From Lama guanicoe (lineage: Eukaryota), in assembly GCA_013239625.1 (NCBI GenBank), contig MU054400.1:789146-853145 (forward strand): a DNA stretch of 64,000 nt, read 5' to 3'. Each line of letters begins with the position of its first letter. Within the stretch, counting starts at the first letter, position 1. Of the stretch, positions 12,201 to 19,820 are shown one piece after another. Under the pieces are notes generated by a model. It had not been told where the DNA came from, searched no databases, and was given only the letters and a program-made list of their open reading frames with translations. Made by a program: the position numbers and the translations under genes.

Positions 12201-13476
12201 ACAGTTCTGCCCGGCTGAGTTTCACAGGCTGCAGGAGGCCCTCCACTGGAGACCCAGCCATGGTACACTTCTTTGAGGATTCCTTCTTCCCCTCCTTGCC
12301 TGTGCCTTCCAGAGCTGACTCCATCACCTGTGGCCAGTGAGAGGGAGAAGCCCGTGTGAGATCACAGGTAGCCCTCATCCATTGCCTGACATGCTACCAT
12401 GATAGGATGTGGGTAAAGGCTTCACTATTTCCTGGTCTCTCATTTGAATAGGAGTCAGATTGTGTAAAACCCAGAATAATTGTTACTTAAAAGAACATTA
12501 CTGAGCTCTAGACTTAAAACTCCTTGAGGTGAGGGCTCCCTATCTACCTAACGGCACAAGCATGGACTCTGCTTGGAGTTGGTAGCTGTGGTAGTTGACT
12601 GGGCCCTGCTGGAAGCAATGCCTGAGCTTCTTGTATTTCCAGGTACCAGGAGGTTCCTCTGCTGCTGGGTTAGTTCTGGGACTTCACAAATGCCATTTCC
12701 ACTCTTGCTCTAACCAGACCTTGCCAGGTTACGCACACGCAAACGCACACGCACACACACACACACCACCCCAGGAAGCCCTGACTGTATCAGTACACAT
12801 TAAGTGCTCAACGATGGAAAGTGCCTACTGGTTCTGAAGGATATACTCGGTAAATCATCCAAGCCTCACAATAATCCTAGCAGAAAACGGACACGTGAGC
12901 TCGAGGTTCCACAGCTGGCATGCCTATACTGTCAGCAGACTTCCAACCCTTGTCTTTGAGATCCCAAATTTTCTCCCGTACAGCACTGGGCCCCGCCCCC
13001 CTCCACCGTCCCACACCTGGGAGAGCCTTATTGGAGCGCTCTGGGAGCGCCACCCTGTGGGGAGCAAAGAAATAGACAAAAGAGGGGAAAAGATCCCGCC
13101 CAACGTCAGGAGGACCTGGTAAGGGAAAAGACCCAAGCCGCGCGGTGGGGATGGGAGTAGGGGTAGGGGCTGTGTCTTTTCAGCTTCAAGGTGTAGAGTT
13201 AACGAAGAGAGAAGCTCAGTAAGTTTTACTGCTTTTATCCAGATACTGCTAAGTTCCATCTCCCTTAGCAACTCAGACTGGTTCAATGCCCCCGGGCTAG
13301 AAGCATCGGGGGAAATAGGCCTCCTTCTGAAGGGACTGCCCTCGTGCTCCTTACTGGCAAGCTGTCAGGCTCTGCCATCTCCGGCATGTTGCGCCTTCCT
13401 TCCACCGAGATGGCTCACCCACCTCCGGCTTCCCAGCAGTTCCGCGATGCTGCGCTCCCGCAGGTGCGGGCCCCAT
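3138..13476 (-). CDS. NOL6: Nucleolar protein 6 (Nrap/UTP22 homologue), complete 26-exon spliced CDS, 1146 aa
   Basis: Joined exons read MGPAPAGAQHRGTAGKPE/VMESALEGTGKEGKK...EARSERWTV*, matching mammalian NOL6 as I recall it; exon lengths sum to 3441 nt, all introns GT-AG, no internal stop. Confidence 0.98.
3444..3545 (-). CDS. NOL6: NOL6 exon 25 (EAFGDLAL...QPQPLK)
   Basis: tag|GAG ... AAG|gtgtg; 102 nt. Confidence 0.95.
3662..3856 (-). CDS. NOL6: NOL6 exon 24 (TVFRPPLD...YLAQLR)
   Basis: cag|ACA ... AGG|gtagg; 195 nt. Confidence 0.95.
4255..4344 (-). CDS. NOL6: NOL6 exon 23 (ILQQLVIL...GPGDIR)
   Basis: cag|ATC ... AGG|gtaag; 90 nt. Confidence 0.95.
4467..4591 (-). CDS. NOL6: NOL6 exon 22 (VEEQVEI...DGPSPQ)
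   Basis: cag|TG ... CAG|gttta; 125 nt. Confidence 0.95.
5368..5465 (-). CDS. NOL6: NOL6 exon 21 (SPQVGFLRFL...NNELT)
   Basis: cag|C ... ACTG|gtaag; 98 nt. Confidence 0.95.
5701..5853 (-). CDS. NOL6: NOL6 exon 20 (LQQQHPAF...PFTPP)
   Basis: cag|A ... AG|gtgat; 153 nt. Confidence 0.95.
5950..6170 (-). mobile_element. MIR fragment in NOL6 intron 19
   Basis: atccccactttacagatgagaaaaatagattcag core. Confidence 0.65.
6257..6420 (-). CDS. NOL6: NOL6 exon 19 (DGFVFRI...TSALHG)
   Basis: cag|GAT ... GG|gtatg; 164 nt. Confidence 0.95.
6523..6677 (-). CDS. NOL6: NOL6 exon 18 (VCHLEGSGQWP...HTDVLK)
   Basis: cag|TG ... AAG|gttag; 155 nt. Confidence 0.95.
6759..6876 (-). CDS. NOL6: NOL6 exon 17 (VFPPTPV...YVEPMT)
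   Basis: cag|GTG ... ACTG|gtgag; 118 nt. Confidence 0.95.
7020..7160 (-). CDS. NOL6: NOL6 exon 16 (TSSTGEE...VLRYTE)
   Basis: cag|ACT ... GAG|gtgag; 141 nt. Confidence 0.95.
7381..7456 (-). CDS. NOL6: NOL6 exon 15 (HADIPDT...IQGLKE)
   Basis: cag|C ... GAG|gtgag; 76 nt. Confidence 0.95.
7602..7750 (-). CDS. NOL6: NOL6 exon 14 (AADFRQFWG...THLLAL)
   Basis: cag|GCT ... CT|gtgag; 149 nt; FWGSRSELRRFQDG motif. Confidence 0.96.
7924..8046 (-). CDS. NOL6: NOL6 exon 13 (WDISQDP...EADQPE)
   Basis: cag|TGG ... GAG|gtgag; 123 nt. Confidence 0.95.
8198..8375 (-). CDS. NOL6: NOL6 exon 12 (LRPLSRLQ...RPPVSE)
   Basis: cag|T ... GAG|gtgag; 178 nt. Confidence 0.95.
8553..8668 (-). CDS. NOL6: NOL6 exon 11 (VQHEAQL...AFDHIL)
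   Basis: cag|GTG ... CA|gtaag; 116 nt. Confidence 0.95.
8872..8973 (-). CDS. NOL6: NOL6 exon 10 (PALADFHQ...ASTYRQ)
   Basis: cag|CCG ... CAG|gtacc; 102 nt. Confidence 0.95.
9070..9128 (-). CDS. NOL6: NOL6 exon 9 (ATTDLTVNGVSLCFSSDSSL)
   Basis: cag|CC ... TTG|gtgag; 59 nt. Confidence 0.95.
9327..9447 (-). CDS. NOL6: NOL6 exon 8 (GLGGFSG...SILQFL)
   Basis: cag|GGA ... CTGG|gtgag; 121 nt. Confidence 0.95.
9538..9701 (-). CDS. NOL6: NOL6 exon 7 (GPEPPTP...QRELDK)
   Basis: cag|GT ... AAG|gtgag; 164 nt. Confidence 0.95.
9789..9923 (-). CDS. NOL6: NOL6 exon 6 (GKDERLV...QSPSGD)
   Basis: cag|GG ... GATG|gtgag; 135 nt. Confidence 0.95.
10157..10325 (-). CDS. NOL6: NOL6 exon 5 (EILQDKDG...LLLRPH)
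   Basis: cag|GAG ... CATG|gtagg; 169 nt. Confidence 0.96.
10654..10833 (-). CDS. NOL6: NOL6 exon 4 (LSNQAWLP...VALTMPR)
   Basis: cag|CTG ... AGG|gtgag; 180 nt; contains VVGSYLLG. Confidence 0.96.
10870..11786 (+). mobile_element. L2 (L2a-like) 3' end in NOL6 intron 3
   Basis: aaaccaaactcctgatctt..., ttgttcactgatgtatcc, terminal tatttgctgaatgaatgaat. Confidence 0.8.
11919..12035 (-). CDS. NOL6: NOL6 exon 3 (VEELLKEV...PSTPETE)
   Basis: cag|GTA ... GAG|gtaag; 117 nt. Confidence 0.96.
12121..12327 (-). CDS. NOL6: NOL6 exon 2 (VMESALEG...SSLLRLQ)
   Basis: cag|GTG ... CAG|gtac; 207 nt. Confidence 0.96.
12732..12767. repeat. (CA/CG)n alternating repeat
   Basis: cgcacacgcaaacgcacacgcacacacacacacacc. 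Confidence 0.8.
13423..13476 (-). CDS. NOL6: NOL6 coding exon 1 (MGPAPAGAQHRGTAGKPE)
   Basis: ATG at 13476-13474; donor GAG|gtgggt; 54 nt. Confidence 0.93.
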
Positions 13477-13479
13477 CCC

Positions 13480-13830
13480 TCCGGTCTCGCTCTCGCACTT
13501 TGGGTTTAAAGTCTACTTGCTCTGCGCAACTTCCCACGTTGGCAGAAATGCCCACGCCACGGGAGAAAGGCCGGCACTAGTGTCAGCGTGCCTCGAGGCA
13601 CAGGACTCCGCCCAGCTCTAGAGCCATTGGGTAAATCCCCTACAAGTCGCTCGCCATTGGTTTCTGTCACTCTTCAGGACCGCCCATTATGGGGGAGGAG
13701 CCAAAGAAGGCTCTCCGATTTACGGCCTCTTTGCGACGCCAGACCGGAAGCCTCCCGGTAAGCTGGCTGTCGCTTCCTTTTCCTCACTTCCTCCGCTTGG
13801 GTCGAAAGGGGAAGGGCGGAGCTAGTTTGG
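13480..13830 (-). promoter_or_regulatory. NOL6 CpG-rich promoter/5' UTR
   Basis: CpG-dense; two CCAAT boxes on the minus strand (13626-13630, 13656-13660), GC boxes (ccgccc near 13608 and 13680; gggcgg near 13814), ETS-type ccggaag/acttcc motifs. Confidence 0.75.
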
Positions 13831-14424
13831 GCCCTCTAGGGAGGGTTTGTTTATTTACGCCAGTGATTCCTCTCCTTTTCTCTTCAATTGACCAATATCG
13901 TGGGTTCTACCTCCAAAATATATCTTGAATTTATTCACTCTTCTCTGTCTTCACTACCAAGTTTAGTCCAAGTCACATCATCTTGTGCCTAGATGACTGT
14001 ATTGTAGTAGCTTTTACCCAGTTTATTAAATTTTCCAAATCTGCTGAAACGTTGCAATAATATGATAAAAATAATAATATGATGATGATGATGATGAACG
14101 ACCACATACCCTTCCCCTACCCGTCATAACTTAGTGTTTTGCCAAGTTTGTTTTGTCTTTGTGTATTTAAGTTTTATTATTTAGCAGAATCATTTAAGAA
14201 TCTGTCGTACACATCCCTAAGTACTTTGGCATGTATCTCCTCGGAATAAGGATGATCTCTTACATAATCATAATACAATTGTAAAATTCAGGAAATTTAA
14301 CCTTGATTCAATACTATTATATAAAGTCCATATTCATATTTTGGCAATTATCCCAATAATATCCTTTACAGTGTAGCATTTTCTTTCTCCTTTTTTTTTT
14401 TTTACTTTTTTCCGTTTTTTTCAC

Positions 14425-14735
14425 TTTTTTTAAGTATAGTCAGTTTACAATGTGTCAACTTCTAGTGTACAGCACAATGCTTCAGTCATACATGAATATA
14501 CATATATTCATTTTCATATTCTTTTTCACCTTAAGCTACTATAAGATATGGTTCCCTGTGCTATGAAGTGTAAACTTGTTTATCTATTTTATACAGACCA
14601 GTCAGTATCTGCAAATCTCAAACTCCCAATTTATCCCTTTCCATCCCCTTCCCTCTTGGTAACTGTAAGTTTGTTTTCTATGTCTGTGAGTCTGTTTCTG
14701 TTTTGTAAATAAGTTCATTTGTCTTTTTTTGTTTT
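14425..14735 (-). mobile_element. Young lineage L1 3' end beside an older L1M fragment (~14020-14380)
   Basis: aagtatagtcagtttacaatg...ttttctatgtctgtgagtctgtttctgttttgtaaataagttcatttgtc, shared with copies at ~31 kb and ~41 kb. Confidence 0.85.
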
Positions 14736-15099
14736 GATTGTTAAGGAAGTTTTTGGAGGAGATGAGGCTTGTGCTAAATCTTGAAGCATGATTTGAATTT
14801 GAATTGACTGAGAGGAGGCAGCTCTATCATTGAAGTCTGGGGAAGACCAAAGAGGTGAGACAGATTAGTTAACTGTTCATTCCACACTGGATGACACTTA
14901 AGAAATGTCAAGCCCTGTGCTGTCAAGGATAAAGATAAATAAGACATGATGAATAATGCTCTTGCCTTCACATTTCACAAGCTGGTCCTTCTATTCACTT
15001 ATATGTAACCTCAGTTTCTTCTGACCTTGCCTCCATTTAAAATCACATCCACCCCAACCGTTTTAGTCTTAGGCCCTCCATTTAATCACCTTTGTTAGT

Positions 15100-15296
15100 A
15101 TTCACAAAAACTAATGATACTATTTGTGTACTAATTACTTGTTTTTGTCTGTTTCTGTCTCAGCCACTAGAATGTAAGCTCCAGGAGGGCAGTGCCCAAT
15201 CATTTCTGTCTCATTGGCTACTGTATCCTTGGCATTTAGCACAAGGCCTCTCCCATAGCAGGTACTCAATAAGTATTTGTTGAATGAATGAATGAC
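15100..15296 (+). mobile_element. L2 3' end
   Basis: ctagaatgtaagctccaggagggcag...tcaataagtatttgttgaatgaatgaatga. Confidence 0.85.
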
Positions 15297-15424
15297 TCTT
15301 TCTTAAGAGTACCTCAGAGGCTGGGAGAAAAATGCAAACAAATAGTTGCAGTATAGCACTGGGGGTGATATGTATGGTATGTATGGAATGCTCTGGGCAC
15401 CTTAGACTAGGAACTAGGGACATT

Positions 15425-15670
15425 ACAGCATGGTGGTTAAAAGCAGTTACACTAAAGTAGGATGGCCAAAGTTCAACTTCAGGTTCTGCCATTCACTCAC
15501 TGGATGGGGGACCTTGGGTAACTTTCTCAACCTCTCTAAGCCTTAATATACTCAACAAAATAGGTACTCTAGTAATGACCATGTCAAAGACTTTAGTGAA
15601 AATTAAATGGGGTTTACTGCAAGTGAAGAGTCTGTCACATGCTGATGCATAGCAAATGTTAGCTGTTGTC
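15425..15670 (+). mobile_element. MIR SINE
   Basis: acagcatggtggttaaaagc...gaccttgggtaactttctcaacctctctaagcc. Confidence 0.75.
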
Positions 15671-15939
15671 GTTAAAGGAAGATTGTGGCTCCTTAAGAGC
15701 ACTATTCAAGACCTACATGTGTTAACATATGCACAATGAAAAAAAATGGTGGCCCCTTTTAAAAAGTTACTCTATAAGGTCAGAATTAAGCTTTATAAAA
15801 CAAATACCCCTCCTTTTCACTTATCTTAACAAGATTCCACATCTTTTCTTTTTGGAAGAATGGTAATAGATTCTTCAGAAGAGCCCTGGTTGGAGAGTAC
15901 TAGGTAATGCCATGGAGACTGAGGGTAAATGTGTTTTCT

Positions 15940-15958
15940 TTGCCACCAGAGGGCACCA
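15940..15958 (+). promoter_or_regulatory. CTCF-like motif
   Basis: TTGCCACCAGAGGGCACCA closely follows the CTCF core consensus CCACCAGRGGGCRC. Confidence 0.55.
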
Positions 15959-17019
15959 ATCAGTCGTCACCCTACCTGTCATTATGAAACTATGAGAAAG
16001 CTACAGAAAGCTGTTTCTGTCATTTATTCTTTGACAAATACGTTTTGAATACCCACTATGTGCCAAACATTGTAGTAGCTTGTATATGGTTGTGAACAAG
16101 ACCTGCTGTCATGGAATTTATAATTTTGAGAACCTATTATGTGTCTGAGAGATCCTATTAGACATTGGGGTTGAGAGTGGGATTCAATTTGTGATTTTTT
16201 TGTTGTCATTGTCCTTATTACAGATTATCTTCCTGACCTTGGCTGTGAGCCCATGAGAACAATTACTTAGTGTCAATAGTGTGTCGGACAGTGTGCTAGT
16301 TGCTGAGGATCCAAGGATGAATAAGACACAGTTGCAATCTACTGATAAACAATGTCTTACCTGCTAAGATAAAAAGGCATGAGACAAGTTCTGTGGAATC
16401 TGAGTTCCTCTGCCCTGAGAACGGAGTCATAAGTACACAACCCATTAACACACTAGGCTGTGAGCCTCCCTAACAGAATTATGTTTATTAGCCACCCACC
16501 TTAGGGTCATGACCATTGTGAATATTTAGTATGAGTTTGTGAGTTGGTTTGAGTCCAGGGAGCAGCTTCCGGTTTTGGTGCCAGGTGTATGCTTCAGCGA
16601 CTTAGGCTAGGGATCGGCCATCTTCTGGGTCAGGGTGGGGCTATGACGAGTTTATGTGGGTGAAATACTTTGAAGATGAACTTTCTGCCTATTTATCTAT
16701 TCACAGCCTTGCTATTAAAGGTGTCAACATCATCTCCCATGTTTCCAGGTCAGCAATCTTCTTGTCCCTGAATTGAGTGGTGGAGGAAGGGAAGTCAGAA
16801 CTAGTTATACATCATCATTTGGGGAGGAGGGGCTGCTTTGACTAAGATGCTACATGCTCTAATTCCAGTGGAATTTGGTCTCAAGACCTGGAGAATAGAA
16901 TTGAGAGCTAGGGAATGAATCTTTAAAATAGAAAGAATAAGCTTCATCTCTGAGAAAAAAAGAACAACAAAAAAAAGGAGTTCTTTCATTGTGGATTGTG
17001 CATTGTGACTTCCTTCTAA

Positions 17020-17602
17020 ACAGTACTGTGTAAAGTAAAAAGAGTAACTTTAGGATGGAGAAACCTGACACACTACCTCAGCCAAGTGATTGAGGTCAAT
17101 ATCAACACTGATAAGTCATGTTGATATTATGTGCCCTTGATATGACATGATAAAAATATCATTTTACCTCTGTAATCTTCCTCCCAAATCCCCCAAACTC
17201 CAGTTTAATCTCATGAGAAAAACATCACAAATTCTAATTGAGGGACATTCTACAACATACTTGACTAGTATTCATCAAAACTTTTTAAGATCATCAAGTC
17301 TGGGAAGCTGCCAAAGTCAAGAGGACCCTAACAAAACATGAAAACTGAATATAGTACAGTGTCTAGGATGGGATCCTGGAATAGAAAAGGGATATTAGGT
17401 AAAAACTAAGGAAATGTAAGTACAGACTTCAGTTAATAATAATATATCAATATTGGCTCATTAATTGTAATAAATGTATTATACCAATGCAAGATATTAA
17501 TAATAGGGGAAATTGAGTGCCAGGCATATGAGAACTCTCTGTACTATCCTCTGCGTTATTCTATAAATCTAAAACCGTTGTTTAAAAAAAGTCTATTAAA
17601 AA
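17020..17602 (+). mobile_element. Old L1 (L1MC/L1MD-like) 3' UTR
   Basis: gagtaactttaggatggagaaacctgacac...gggatcctggaatagaaaagg...gaactctctgtactatc, A-rich end. Confidence 0.75.
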
Positions 17603-18499
17603 ATGGAGGTGGTGGTAACCAGAATACAGCAATGCCTTGTGCTAAACTTTGTATCTAGATGATCTCATTGAATCTTTACAATTGTTTATGTTAGGTATAA
17701 TTAACCTTCTTTTACAGAAGCTTATGAAAAAGGAAGAGGTAATAAAATGTAAACGGTAGAGCCAGCGTTGGAACCAAGAATCTTTCTGATACCAAAATTC
17801 TAAGTGTGTGTGGAAGGAACTCACAGTATCCTGGCTTTTCTAGGAAACATTCTGGCAGTTATCACAGGATGTGCCTTCCTAAGAGAAAGGGGCATTCTAA
17901 ATCACAGAGATTGCAAACTGTGTCTGCATCTCACTGCAGTCATGATTATCTTAAAAGTCTCCCAGTTCTAGGGGGACTTTCAAGCTGAAAGGATCTGTAG
18001 GGGGTCAAAGTTCAACCAAGTACATCATTTTACAAATGGTAAACTGGGGGATAGCCAAAGCTCTTGCCCCAAATCAGAGAAAAGGACCAAGAACCCAGGT
18101 TCAGTCTGTATTATTATTTCTTTATTTAACACAAGTTCCTCTTTGCAGTTAAGAACGTAAGTAGAAACTGGCTTATCTGCATTCCTCATCTCTCGGATGG
18201 GAAACTGTCCCCCAACCCCTCAAGTGAGTTGCTCTCCAAAGACACAATGGCGTGAGGCCCAGACCTGCAGAAGAGATGTGGGGATGCTTGTTCCCACCTA
18301 TAAGACCCACATTCTCAGCACATCCTCATCAAGCATCTATTGAGTGCCGGAACCGCGATTGTGTGTCACGGGATGGGGGGAGGTGGAGGCCTGCAGAGGA
18401 TCAGGGCTCTCCAAGGATGGCTGCGGAGGCCTGTGGATACACAGAGGGGGAGGAGGGCGATGACAGTTCTAGGACCAGAGCTCCCTTCCTGGGCACGCC

Positions 18500-19820
18500 T
18501 TTGGAACCGCGGCATCAAGCCGCACAACCGTCATTTTGGGGCCAAGGGCATCCCCTGCGGCCACCCTCGGCCCTCAAGCCGCTTGGCCCTTTAAGGGCGG
18601 GGAACACGCGCTGGCGTCACAAAGCGCCGCCGCCGCGCGGGGCGGCGGCGTGGAGGCGGGGAAGTGGGAGGAGGAGGAGGAGGGAGAGGAGGGCTGGGGA
18701 GGGAGGGGCGCGCGCACGCGCGTCGGGCCGCCCGCCGCCGAGAGCCGCCCTCCCTCCCGACGTGCGCCCCTCCTCCCTCTCTCCCTCCCTTCTTCTTTGC
18801 TCCGTCGCTCCCGCGGCGCGAGGCGCTCTCGCACTTCTCCTCCTCCTCCTCCGCCGTCGCCCCTCCCCCCGCGCCGCCGCCGCCGCCGCCGCGAGACCCC
18901 CGCGTGCTGCGCTCCCCCCCGCCCTTCGGCCCCGCGCGCCCTTCGGCCCCGGCGGCCCGTGAGGAGAACGAGAAAGCGAGCGAGCGCGGCGCTCCCGGGC
19001 TGGCTTGGCCCCGTCTCCTCACCATCTCCGGCCCTCCGCCGCCTTCCTCCGCTTCCACCTCCTCTCCCCCCCCCGCTCCAAGCTGAGGCCCCCTCCGGGG
19101 GGGGGAGGCCCGGGACCCGGAGCGAATTTCTCTAACTCCCTCTACCCCTCCCCCAACCCGGCCCGAGTGTGAGGAGAAGGGCCCGGCCCGGCCCGCGTCG
19201 TGTGTGAGGAGGAACCGGGCCGGCCCACGGGCCGTCTGGGGCCTGGTCCTGCCGTCCGAGTGTGTGAAGAGAGAGGCCCGGTGCGGCCCGGCCGAGGGCG
19301 AGCGGAGGGGAGGGGCCTGGTCCGGCCCGGCCGGTGCGTGAGGACTGGGGCCCCGGCCCGGCGCGCCGCCGCCGCCGCGATGGCCCAGCAGCAGATGACC
19401 AGTTCGCAGAAGGCCCTGATGCTCGAGCTGAAATCCCTGCAGGAGGAACCGGTGGAGGGCTTTCGGATCACCCTGGTGGATGAGTCCGACCTCTACAACT
19501 GGGAGGTTGCCATCTTCGGACCCCCTAATACCCTCTACGAAGGCGGCTACTTCAAGGTACCCCCCACCCCCTCTCAGACCAGGCTTCCCCCGGAGGCCGC
19601 AGCTTTCGGCTGTTTTCGGGGCCCAGAGTGAGCGCGGGTGAGCGGAGGGGGCTCCTCACCTCGCAGCCCCCTCCCCCCATCCGTAGAGGCAGGAAGGCCT
19701 TGCTTGCTCACCAAGTGCCTTTTCTTTGTCATGGGGGCGGGGGCGGGAGGCCAGACTGCATCGGGAAATAGGAAAGCCTCTGTGGCTAGGGTAGTGGCTA
19801 CCGGAGGAGGAGGAGGAGGG
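18500..19820 (+). promoter_or_regulatory. UBE2R2 CpG-island promoter and GC-rich 5' UTR
   Basis: Very high GC/CpG, (GCC)n runs, CRE-like TGGCGTCA near 18612, GC boxes, no ATG seen between 18601 and 19379. Confidence 0.85.
19380..19556 (+). CDS. UBE2R2: Ubiquitin-conjugating enzyme E2 R2 (CDC34B), coding exon 1 (59 aa); later exons lie beyond the window
   Basis: Kozak gccgccgcgATGG; MAQQQMTSSQKALMLELKSLQEEPVEGFRITLVDESDLYNWEVAIFGPPNTLYEGGYFK; donor AAG|gtaccc. Confidence 0.97.

Noticed and set aside
2982..12276. Many plus-strand ORFs opposite NOL6
   Set aside because: Antisense shadows of GC-rich NOL6 exons with no coherent exon structure
3138..13476. Possibility that NOL6 is disrupted or has non-canonical introns
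   Set aside because: All 25 introns are GT-AG, phases match and the total is 1146 aa
18252..19135. Overlapping 140-236 aa Arg/Pro/Ala-rich ORFs on both strands
   Set aside because: Stop-codon depletion in a CpG island; low-complexity products with non-ATG starts
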